Source: Halocafeteria seosinensis (lineage: Eukaryota). Taken from it: a stretch of 20,000 nt of DNA. Made by a program: the position numbers and the translations under genes. Shown in pieces: positions 8,831 through 19,078 of this stretch. Position 1 is the stretch's first letter. Each line of letters begins with the position of its first letter. The notes under the pieces are model-generated. The model did no database searches. It was not told the DNA's origin and was given only the letters and a program-made list of their open reading frames with translations. Location of the stretch: positions 45,959 to 65,958 of the forward strand of contig LVLI01000228.1 of the NCBI GenBank assembly GCA_001687465.1. The letters are read 5' to 3'.

Positions 8831-9388
8831 CCTCCACGCACTACAGTTGTACAACAGTATGTGGATACCGAGGGTTGTACAGCACAACAACACTTATAGC
8901 TATGCTCGTATGTGTATATGTATGCATGTATGGTATCCTGCAGCCTCAACAGACTTTCTGATTTCGAGAGCACCTTGTACGTGGTGTATCAGTGCCACAC
9001 GCGTGTATCAGTCCACCTACTGTGTTGTATAGCATCGTCTATGGACCTCCATGGGCCAAGGCCGCCCTTGAAGGCAGGGAGGGGAGTAATGTGAAGGTCA
9101 GTCCTTCACAGGCTGAATCAGAGCTTCAACCACGTGCATACCATACCATATGGTAGGTAATGAAGCACCCCATGCCCATGTGTCTTGTCTTAGTATTGGA
9201 TCATCACGACCCGTACGTACCGTACGTTGATTTTGTTCAGTAGGTCAGTCTGTTGTGTTGTTTGTGTGTGTGTATATCTGCACGCACTCCTACATCTACC
9301 CCCGCCCACCCACTATACCGGTACCAGGTAGTGCTGGTTTTCTTTTTCTTTCGAGTCCAATTCCTCAAGTACGGCTGCACGCCGCCAG
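8831..9388. promoter_or_regulatory. Divergent (probably bidirectional) promoter region between NSUN5 and the ankyrin/U-box gene
   Basis: 558 bp separate the two divergent ATGs. The region contains CACGTG (9131), the palindrome TACCATATGGTA (9144-9155) and a 7-bp hairpin GTGAAGG/CCTTCAC (9091-9109). Inferred from gene geometry only. Confidence 0.45.
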
Positions 9389-11077
9389 ATGGGCGCATCG
9401 CACAGCGTGTCCAAAGGGAAAGACGATAGCAGTATTCGGGACGGGAATAGTAGCAATAATAATAATAATAGTAGCTCGTGTGTGGGTTCAGAACGAAGGG
9501 TAAGTGCCTCCATCATTTGACTGATTCTCATATCGTGTAGTATACATGCTGATCTGAGCTGTCTACGCGCACTCCGAAATGCAGGCTCCGCGAGCTCCGT
9601 TGCTCTCGAACGACAGGAATCTCCCTTTCGACGACCTCAACATGAGCGGGGATTATGTCGTGATTGGCACATCGGAAACAAGCACGCAGGCACAAACTTC
9701 AGACACCACCAGAAGTGATGGACGTATAGGATGGATTAGCTCCGACAGTGTGGCATACATTCCAGCGGGGCAGAGTCCGACTATCTTCGGCGCGAGCGCG
9801 AGCGCGAGTACGAGCACGAGCACGCAGCAGCAGCCACCACATCACCAACAATGTGATATTTACGAAGCAGTGGCAACAGCAAATGTGCGCCAAATTCGCT
9901 ACATATTAGGGAATGGAATTGACGTAGATGTGCACACACCGGATGTAAGTTGGTTTGTCCATTCCGTTTAAATTTCTAACACTGTGTATACTGGTATCGG
10001 CTCTTCCAGGATGGCTACACTCCTTTGCATGAAGCCTGTTCTCGGGGGCACAAGGAGATCGTAGAGCTTCTTATCAGTGAATACAATGCGAGCCCCGAGT
10101 TAGCGAACAATGTAAGTATTCTCTCTTTACCTCCAGCTGCCAAAATTTGTTTTTGGTACACAAGGCAATGGGTTCCTGCAGGAGGGCATCACACCTTTGC
10201 ATTGCGCCATCATTGGGCGACATGCCTCTGTGGGCGATCTATTACTAAACACTTACAGAGTATCTCCTAATGTGCAAACCAAGGTAAAGGTACTCGAAGC
10301 AACCCCATGTTGGATGTCATGTAACCATTTCTGTGAATAATCTCCATGCAGGAGGGTTACACGCCTTTGCACTATGCTGCATTTTTGGGAGACTTGACAT
10401 GCGCATTGCTTCTTGTGGAAGCAGGTGCTCGAACAAATATAGAGGACAATGTACGTACTATTAGCCACTTCTCGAGATCTTCAGTTCATGATTGCCCATC
10501 TGGTTCCTTGCAGGAGGGCCATTCCCCTCTGCAAGTCGCGCGGTCCGAGTCGCAAGATGATATCAAAAACTTCCTTGAAGAGTGTACAGGGACCACAACT
10601 GGTGACAATGCATTCACTGTCGAACAATCCGGGGATCGCTCAAGTTCGGATGACTCTTACGTTCCGGAAATTTTTGATGGAGCAGGTGAAGGCATCGCTG
10701 TCTCTGGGGATGCAACAATCACGGATAATGAGTCCAAAATTCGGGAAGCCGATAATGATGAGGGCCTGGAGCATTTGCCTGAGTTGGAAAGGAAGATAGC
10801 AAAGTTACAGCGAGCGGGTTGTGATTTTGAGTCCGATTTTCCGCCGTCTTGTATATGCCCTATCACATATGGTTTAATGACGGAACCTGTTGTAACGGCG
10901 GATGGATACACCTACGAGAAGTCTGCTATAGAAGATTGGCTAAAGCAGAGTAGCCGAAGTCCTCAGACCAATGAGGAACTCCAGCACAAGAATACTATTC
11001 CTAACCGGAACATGAAGGCAGACATTGCAGAACGTGTCGATCAGAAGATGAGGGAGTTGGGAATGAGTACTCGCTGA
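9389..11077 (+). CDS. N-myristoylated ankyrin-repeat + U-box protein (putative E3 ubiquitin ligase), 6 exons, ~445 aa
   Basis: Exons are 9389-9499, 9585-9944, 10010-10111, 10182-10283, 10352-10450 and 10514-11077, all with GT-AG introns. It starts MGASHS. Ankyrin repeats begin DGYTPLHEAC, EGITPLHCAI, EGYTPLHYAA and EGHSPLQVA. The C-terminal U-box reads CICPITYGLMTEPVVTADGYTYEKSAIEDWL...SPQTNEEL...IPNRNMK (~10838-11032). Confidence 0.92.
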
Positions 11078-11940
11078 GCAAGGCCCTAAGCTAAACGATA
11101 CCGTCGAAGACATGCGCAGCAAATCCAGAACTCAACTCAGGAAGCTTTGTAGCTTTATTTCTCTTTCTAATTAATGTTCTAAAGACGTTTGGGCCTCAAG
11201 AATAGCTCGAAATAGGCAGAGATGAATCCGAGACTGAACTTCAGAGCGGCTTGTATATAGGCTGAGTGTTAACTCAAAAATACGTTATTTGAGTTATTCA
11301 AAAGCAAAGCTCGTTAGTTTTTCCTGATACATGTGTATAAATCTTGTGTTGCATCCCGTATATAGCCCCAAATGCCGCAGTAATTTAAGATACCGCACTT
11401 CTGATATGAGGTGTGGAGCCAGGTGCGGAGACTGGGCAGCACAATTTCGAAAAGTCTGTCGCACTCGATTTCATAGCCCACGATGAAGTATCCATACTCA
11501 GTCTTCATGTTCTGGCTCTTTATTTCAATTATAGTTATTTAAGCTTTAAAAGTGTTTATATATTGAGCCACGAGCTCATGGTAAAGGCCGAGATCTTTTG
11601 GTTGCGCGCGCCTTGACAAACTTCTGCTTTGGTGTGGTAATATTTTTGCAGAATCCGGTTTCCACTACTGCCAAACAAATGTAGGTATTTGCTTCGTGAC
11701 ACTCGTTGCCCAATTTTTTACATGCGAGCCAATGTTAACCTCTACAGCGAAGCACTTTCGTTTCAAAGAGGAATACATTTCAAAGACGATGGTCTTGACG
11801 AATTTACCTGGGATGAGGACGACGCCATATACTGGTACTGTAACAGTCAAGGCTCATATACAGTACTTTCCACTTTCCTCGAACGCCATTGCTCCTATAT
11901 ACGTTCCCCGGGAAGCATTCTGGAGCAATGCCTGCTTAAC

Positions 11941-12250
11941 ACGGGCGCATACCGCTCCTCGTTAAGAGGATGTGGTCAACTTCCCGGCCGGTGGGCTATC
12001 TGTCACATTTGTGTGTGTGCCCTAAAAAAGGCTTGTGTATTCGCTTCTGTGTTGAAGGGCGCTCTTCCGAATGTAAGATTCAGATACGTAATGGTCTGCA
12101 AACAAGCTTCTTTCTTGTGTTTAAACATGCTTCACCCATTTGAGTACTGTAATGCCTCGTGACCTGCAGGACTCATTCACATAGCCAAACCGTGATGCAG
12201 TACAGTACGAACATAAAGTTGACCTAACGAGGAGCGGTACATGCGCCCGT
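11941..12250. mobile_element. MITE-like element, 310 bp, with ~24-bp terminal inverted repeats
   Basis: The left end ACGGGCGCATACCGCTCCTCGTTA (11941-11964) matches the reverse complement of 12225-12250 (ACGGGCGCATGTACCGCTCCTCGTTA) apart from a 2-nt indel. Subterminal matches GGTCAACTT and GGCTAT continue inward. No clear TSD. Confidence 0.55.
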
Positions 12251-12570
12251 CTGTGAGTTTCTACACAGTACACGTGCACACGATTCCTTAATGGCTCCAT
12301 GTGAAGAGAAATGGTAATATTGTCCAAGGCTAGGAGGCTGTAGTCGGAGCACATCGTAGCCAGCAGTCTCACGTGCGCATGCGCATGCGGAACTTGTTGC
12401 ATCCATTCAGTCCTGGATTCCACTTCCAAGCATGCAGGCATGCAGCAGCATACACAAAATTCAAGTGAATTGAATTGGCATTGTAATGCATACATCCACA
12501 GGATTGATTGGTGAGCATAGCTAGGCTCATTCATTGCTCTCGTTCCAGGTATTGTATAGAAGCAGCCGAC

Positions 12571-12586
12571 CCATCCATCCATCCAT
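12571..12586 (+). repeat. (CCAT)4 microsatellite just upstream of the transporter start codon
   Basis: CCATCCATCCATCCAT read directly. Confidence 0.8.
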
Positions 12587-12601
12587 CCAGGAGCATCGAC
12601 G

Positions 12602-15600
12602 ATGACGGAGACGAAGAGAGAAGGATGCTGCCAGTATTTTGCGGTCTTTTTCATCACGGTGGCCACTATTCTCGGGACAGGCATTGTACGTTGATTTTGT
12701 GAATGCTATGATGTATGGTGTGGTGGTGTCTAATGTGTGTGTATGTGTGTATGGAATGCGCGCAGTTGGGACTTCCCGTGGACTTGGCCAATGCTGGCTT
12801 CTTTCCCTTTATTGCCACATTTGCCATGTGTTTAGCGATGCAGCTTGCTGTGGTCTGGCTGATGACGGATCTACTACAGAGAGCCCATATCGAGCTGATG
12901 CAAGCACGACTACTCCGGTTATTTGAGGACCACGAGGAAGAGGAGGAGCAGGGACGAACACCAAAAAATGGAATACGACGTCGTTCGTTGGACAGTGAGA
13001 CAATCAAAGTCGGACGAACAGAACGCCGTCGGCGGTACAGTGATGATCCCAAGGAAACATCCAGTACAGTCTCGGAGGCGGAGACCGATACACCACCGTC
13101 TGCGTCGTCCCCTGGACAACAACAAGGCCCAGGAGAAGGAGGAGCTGCCGCCGCTTCGGCAAGAGCAATGGCAACAGTATCGGACTATGACCATTATAGC
13201 GGAAAGCAGCGGGGAGCATCTTCAAAGAAGAAAGCAAGTCGGAAAGTGGGTGTTGGAGGTGCAAAGCACTCTGCAGAGTCGGCTACGCAGGATCCTCATG
13301 TGGAGAGTCTTTTAGAATTTAAGGAGAGGACCTTGGTTAGCGAAGAAACTACCCCTTTGCATGGACAAGACATCGATATATATCAGTCCGAAGAAGCATC
13401 GTCAGAGGCTGCAACCCTGTCCAGAGGGAAGAGCGACCAAGAAGCTGAGGTCGATAGAGTGTTGCGGGAGAAAATCGAGCAGCACTATACTAATCTAATT
13501 AGGGAAACAGGAGAAGTTACTACCGAAACGATGGAGCGCTGGACAGAGTTGGCTGCATTTGAGCTTCGAGACTCCGCTGTTCGACCTAATCTTCATTCCA
13601 TGGGGAAAATGTATTTGGGAGTGCAGCTTCAACGCGTTTTCGATGCAGCTGTGATGCTTCATTTTGTTTCGGTGCTGATTAGCTACGTGCTAGCTGGAAG
13701 TCAGTCGTACCAGGAGTTCATTGGAATACAGTTTGAAATTATTATACTTTTGTTCTGTATCGTGTACACGTTTTTCATTGTTGTTGGAGAGCGAGTCATC
13801 AAGCCAGTAATCAGTGTGGTCACAACTGTCAAATGCTCCCTTCTCATACTTATGATCGGTATCGTCGGCTTTGTTTCCCTTCAAGTGAACATTTCCCCTT
13901 GGAATAAATGGAGTAAAATTATGGAGCCCTTTCTTCTGGGCACTGTGGCTTTGGGCGGTGTCGTTAACATCCTGCCGGTTGTATATTCCAACGTTCCACT
14001 ACGGAAATCGTCCATAAGCAAATTCAGGTTTGCAGTCTCCGCGGGGGTCACAACGTGCTGGGTGTTGAACATTATGTGGGCGTTCTTTGTGTTAAAGATT
14101 GTTCCCCAAACTGTAGAAGAGGAAGGCGAAGTCTCTCTGGAAAATTCAAAGCGCAACGGGGAGATCTCAACCGCGCCTGTCATTGATGTAATCGATCAAG
14201 ACTACGAGAAATACCATTGGGTATCAAATCTCGTTACATCGTTTATTATTCTGAGCGTTAGCGTGAGTTATTTGACGTTGGGAACAGGTATGAAACACGT
14301 CCTTGATGGATATGTAGACCAGAGGTTCGAGCGACTTGATGAAGAACGTAGGGAAGAGAGAACCAACGGTACGGAAATTGCGGAAACATTCAACGGTGTT
14401 AATGATAGGGAAAATGTGTTTGCTAAAGAAACCAACATAGGGAGGAACACAGCTCAAAAAGAAGACGCTGATGGGAACAGGCTCTGCCTGCGCTTTTGCG
14501 AACAGCTCATGAGACTATTTCGCTATTTATTCATGTTCCTTGTTACACTACTACGGAAAGGATGCGCTTCACTAAAGGCTCCCGCTATGAAAATAAGTCT
14601 GTATACGTTCTGGTTTGGTGTAATCTTGGTGATAGCTATTTCGAATCCTCAAGGGTTTCTCGTCGTGTTGGAAGTGTTCACGTCCCTTGCTTTAAATGTC
14701 GAATCTGGATTCTTTATAGGCCTCATGTGGTATTCTGCACGAAAGAGATCGCTGAAGCAACCTTCATTATCGTACCACGAAGATGCTGGCAGCAAACGAC
14801 GGAACCCACCAAGACTTCAAGAAGCTGTTCACTTCATGAAATCTCCGAACCTCCTGTCGGATACTTTCGGACATTCTTCAATGATATTGACCATCATCAC
14901 GTTTCTATTTGCTGTGGTGTACGACATAGGTGAAGCTTTATCTCGACTGATACATCCGGAAATGACTACTTGGGTTCTTTCCGCCATAGGTTGCTTGACA
15001 ATAATTAATGTCGCTCTGCCTCAAACAGAAGCGCTTGGCTACTATTGGCACTTTTACTACGGACTGCCGGTTCCCTTGACATTCCCAAAGGACTTCGGGT
15101 TTGGAGACAATGCTGCCTTGACGTTGCAAAAGCAACCCTGCGAGCTCGGTTCACGGATGGCCGCAAGCATTTGGAGAGCCTTCGCTTCCCGGTGGCGACG
15201 AGAACTGTGGTGGCCTAGTGTGACTGTAGTATTTGCTTTTGCTTCCTTGCTTGTATCCACTCCTACCGGCGGAAATTTTTCCTGGTCTCGGGACAGGCTA
15301 ACATACATAATTCTGACCTTGGGCGGGATCGTATTCCTGCTTTTTGGTCAGGTACTGCGAGGTCGTTACCTGCTGCGCCGCCCGGTACTTAGCCGACATG
15401 ATACGCATTCGGAGCATACTCATCTCAACTCCAACTGGCACTTGAACCGTACCGCTTTTAGGGTGTCTTGCATTTTATCTGCCCTTTGTCCAGGTTGTCT
15501 TGCTTGTGCATGTGGCTTCATGTACAGATATTCCGAGTGGGAAAGTCTTGGGTTGTTAGTCGTGACGTTGCCCGGCACGACATTTACAATTCTTGCACAT

Positions 15601-15717
15601 TTAGCACAGCGTTCTGTACTTGTTTCTTTTTTGTATCGAACGCAGTTAGGGGAGGCTTCGTCTCAAGACGTATCGAAATTGAGGAACTTGGAGAGGGATA
15701 AGCTGATTACCGGGTAA
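12602..15717 (+). CDS. Amino-acid transporter (APC superfamily, Trp/Tyr permease-like), 2 exons, ~1011 aa
   Basis: Exon 1 (12602-12685, MTETKREGCCQYFAVFFITVATILGTGI) splices over an 80-nt GT-AG intron to exon 2 (12766-15717, LGLPV...). This rebuilds the TM1 motif ATILGTGILGLP. Many TM segments follow, with motifs LISYVLAGSQSY, EPFLLGTVALGG and SVSVSYLTLGTG. Confidence 0.9.
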
Positions 15718-15720
15718 TAA

Positions 15721-18700
15721 TTACCCACTTCTGAACCGCTTCGGATCGTTTGAGTAGTCTCCTTCTGCATCTTCAGTGGACCTGTCTGACGACGCTCTGT
15801 TTCTACGACGCGACAAAGACAAAGAAGGATCCGAAGAGCAACACTGGGAGGAGCTTGAAGATGCAGACGATGAAGCGAGGATGGCTCGTGCCATCTCGCG
15901 AGCGCGTGATACTCTTTCGAGACGCTCAGTAGAGCTCGGGGTGTGGTAACCACTGGTGGAGTCTTGAGTGTCCTCCTCATTATAGGGAGCGGTCCTTCGG
16001 TTAGGTAATGACGGTGCCGTTTTTGCAGGTGCTACCCGCGGAATGCTTCGAAGTTGTTCAGGCCGAGGTGGATACGAAGACGGGGTTTGGGATGGTGATA
16101 ACGTGCTTAGTCCTGGTGGATTAAACGGAGACGGACGGCAGAGATGGATCAATGCCGCATGCTTGTTATTCAGCTGAAGCGCATTGTTCGAAGTCTGAGC
16201 ATCGGAGCTGATGTTTTCCCCTCCAGCGGTGTGTACCCGTTTCTTCAATTTATTGGCTTCGACGGAAGTTGTGCTTGTGGCTGCTTCACTCGAACAACTC
16301 TGAGCAAAGTCGCTCCAAACATGAGCCGCACCTTTTTGCCATAATCGTTTCCGCGCGTTGATAAACCAGTTATTCAGTTGCTTTCGCGTGATATTTGCTT
16401 TCGCTTCAAGATATGCCTTTTCCTTTTCAGTAGGATATGGATGCGTAATATGTTCTGGATTGAACATCCACTCTTTAAGAACTGAAATGGCTGCTGGCGG
16501 CAAGTTGCGAGAGGGTCGGCTTCTGGATTGATTGTTTCGTTCGGCTTCAGAACGTGAAATGACCACGTTCGTACTTTCACTGTGACACGTTGCTGCTTCG
16601 TTCATTTTGCTCGAGTTCGACTTTCCATTGTAATATCCGTCACAGTCGAAGGCTACGGGGATCACCATATCCTTGTCAAACTCAACGTCATAATCAGTTT
16701 CGTGATAGTGAAATTCTGAGGGTTTGCTGGAAACGGCTAGAGCGTGCAGGGTGTTCCACAGCTCTTCCGGCATCTCGCTTGCGGGCAACACGGAGCAAAA
16801 CATGACGTTCGGACTAGTATTGCTGCCAGCGGAGGGATGGACTGACTGTAGGAGGTAAGAAGACACCCAACTGCTGTCCAAGCGATTGACAACCTTCCTC
16901 AATAGGTATTTCTTCAGTCGAACAACCTCAGCATCACGACGTGACTGGATCTTCTTCCTGCTGGAGAGGAATGTCGCTGGAAACGAGTAAGTTATTCGAC
17001 GAGAGTAAAACGCGGCGTACGTGTGATGGCTTTCGCGGCTATTCAATCCTGACGAGCAGATAGAAACATCTTTAAGCATCGGCTGCAAGCGTTTCCGTAC
17101 TTCGCTAATGTCATACGAGTCATCTTGCTGGACTAGAACCCACTTGGAACCTCGCCTTTCATCAAACAACGGGGACTCATATTTGAAAGCAGTAATGTGT
17201 TCATGAAGGTACTTAGAGACTTTGCTCTGCCTTTCAGGACTGCACACGAAATACAAATCAACTAACTCCTGTCGAACGACCTCCCCGTCTGCTACCACCT
17301 CTCGATACTTATTCTTGTGCTCAGCAACGTCCCCACTACTATACGTCCAATCACCCATGGTATCCTTCCTCACTTGTTCCTCTTTTACAAGAGCCTGCTT
17401 CCCACGGAACAGAGGTAGACGATTCGCAAGGCTTGGAAAAGCATGAGCTATATGGTCCGCAATTTCCTTGGTAAGGCACACTTGGCGAAGCAACAAGGGG
17501 TCCGTCTGTACCCACGCAAGTATGTCACTATAAGTATACGCAGGTCGAGGAATAGGAAAGCGCAATGGAACTTGATTTGGATACTCATGTCCGGTAGCAC
17601 GTTTCCCATGTAGAGCAAAAACAGGCGCATCATTGTAGCGAGCCATGTGCCCGTCACGGTCAGAAATCACTTTGTTTGAAGCCGTTACAGGAAAACCACA
17701 GGTTCTCCAAACGTGCGGAAGAACTGAAAGGTGATATTGCATTAGCGCACACATCGACACTTTCGCAGATTGCCTTATCATTTGCGGTATTTCAAAGTGA
17801 CAATCATTCAACCACTGAGCATTGCCGCCTTTGGACATATTGCCGGCCCCTGTTCCCAGTTGTTCGCTCTTTCCCGTTTCGTTCTCTACGTTTCCTCCAT
17901 CTCTTAATGAAGCTTCACTATCCTCACGTGACGAATAGCAAGAGCTCTGCAAGGTACGCGCCGGATTACTGGCAGATCCAGATGATGGACAAGTCTCGTA
18001 GGGCTGAAACGAGTCTTGCGATTCGGGGACACTATACGACATAGAGTGCCTTCGTGATCCCGTATTGTTTTCGTCGTAAAAACTCGAGTTGGCAATACGA
18101 GCTAAGTCGGTCGCATTCAACCCACGAGTTCGGTAGTATACCTGGTGCATTTCAGAAGGTTGAGTGGCCGTGTGAGCGCGAAGCGCACCACGGAGATGAA
18201 AACCTTGGGGGTCTAACATTTTCGACTGGACATGATCCCCGCTCCTGGAGCCGTTTTCAGAAGAAGAACGAAGAACTTGACGCGAAACGTCTGAAACTTT
18301 TTCTTCTTGTTTCACTAAAGCAGCTGTCGCGGAAGACATTGCCAAGTCCAAGTCACCCCCTTTCCTCTCTGTTGAATGTCGGTGTCTCGACCGTTGTACT
18401 TGCTCATCTTGATCATCAATGTTAACGACGTCATCCTCTTCTCCGTTGGTTCCACTACACACAGCGCAAGAGCTGTCGTATGAATCTCCCAATAGATAAA
18501 CCGAGGACCCGCTTGAAAAATCTGTGAACGAACTCGTCTGGTGCATAACGGCATCCTGTTCAAAGACGTTGGGAGCTTCCAAGCCGCTGTCAGCCGGAGG
18601 ACTAGGATATAGACTTGGAACGTCTGAATCCTGTGGTCTTTCGTCGTCGTCTGCTACGGTACGCGAGGAGCAAGGTTGGCTGTTGGTACTTGGCAAGCGT

Positions 18701-18801
18701 ATGTTTGTAGAGGCACCAGTGGCTTGCTGTCCTTGCCCTTGCTCATTCTCCCGTGTCCTCTCCGTCTCTGGTGTAGATGTCTTGTTTGCTTCGGACTCCA
18801 T
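15721..18801 (-). CDS. Large TALE-class homeobox transcription factor, ~1026 aa from the first ATG
   Basis: Uninterrupted ORF; the track start at 18849 is GTG and the first ATG is at 18801. An upstream exon is possible. The homeodomain at ~16520-16330 reads SRNLPPAAISVLKEWMFNPEHITHPYPTEKEKAYLEAKANITRKQLNNWFINARKRLWQK, with the PYP loop and WFIN (Ile50). Confidence 0.92.
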   Translation of the reverse strand: MESEANKTSTPETERTRENEQGQGQQATGASTNIRLPSTNSQPCSSRTVADDDERPQDSDVPSLYPSPPADSGLEAPNVFEQDAVMHQTSSFTDFSSGSSVYLLGDSYDSSCAVCSGTNGEEDDVVNIDDQDEQVQRSRHRHSTERKGGDLDLAMSSATAALVKQEEKVSDVSRQVLRSSSENGSRSGDHVQSKMLDPQGFHLRGALRAHTATQPSEMHQVYYRTRGLNATDLARIANSSFYDENNTGSRRHSMSYSVPESQDSFQPYETCPSSGSASNPARTLQSSCYSSREDSEASLRDGGNVENETGKSEQLGTGAGNMSKGGNAQWLNDCHFEIPQMIRQSAKVSMCALMQYHLSVLPHVWRTCGFPVTASNKVISDRDGHMARYNDAPVFALHGKRATGHEYPNQVPLRFPIPRPAYTYSDILAWVQTDPLLLRQVCLTKEIADHIAHAFPSLANRLPLFRGKQALVKEEQVRKDTMGDWTYSSGDVAEHKNKYREVVADGEVVRQELVDLYFVCSPERQSKVSKYLHEHITAFKYESPLFDERRGSKWVLVQQDDSYDISEVRKRLQPMLKDVSICSSGLNSRESHHTYAAFYSRRITYSFPATFLSSRKKIQSRRDAEVVRLKKYLLRKVVNRLDSSWVSSYLLQSVHPSAGSNTSPNVMFCSVLPASEMPEELWNTLHALAVSSKPSEFHYHETDYDVEFDKDMVIPVAFDCDGYYNGKSNSSKMNEAATCHSESTNVVISRSEAERNNQSRSRPSRNLPPAAISVLKEWMFNPEHITHPYPTEKEKAYLEAKANITRKQLNNWFINARKRLWQKGAAHVWSDFAQSCSSEAATSTTSVEANKLKKRVHTAGGENISSDAQTSNNALQLNNKHAALIHLCRPSPFNPPGLSTLSPSQTPSSYPPRPEQLRSIPRVAPAKTAPSLPNRRTAPYNEEDTQDSTSGYHTPSSTERLERVSRAREMARAILASSSASSSSSQCCSSDPSLSLSRRRNRASSDRSTEDAEGDYSNDPKRFRSG

Positions 18802-19076
18802 GCTTGGCTTTGATTTGAAGGAATGAATCCGTGTGTCGCGCTTTCCCACTTTCTATGTTCTAGTCCGTGTGGATGGTGATATCTCTCTTTCCTTCTGCTG
18901 AGGCATGTAAGGGTGCATACGTGCGCACTCACTCACGTACTTGGGCCATGGCAGACCAGCCAGCCACCATCCATCACTCAGACTCAGTCACTCGTACGTC
19001 GTTCCCAATACATCCACCCCCAAGTCGCAATATGCAGCTATACTGGCCTGGAACCCAATCAATGCGACTATTGTAC

Positions 19077-19078
<2 letters not shown>

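Noticed and set aside
12121..12684. 187 aa minus-strand ORF
   Set aside because: It has no recognisable domain and runs across the MITE end, TGCA-rich promoter DNA, the CCAT repeat and the antisense of transporter exon 1.
12715..12765. Transporter start at 12715 (MVWWCLMCVYVCMECAQ)
   Set aside because: This lies within the GT-rich intron 12686-12765; splicing from exon 12602-12685 restores the conserved TM1 motif.
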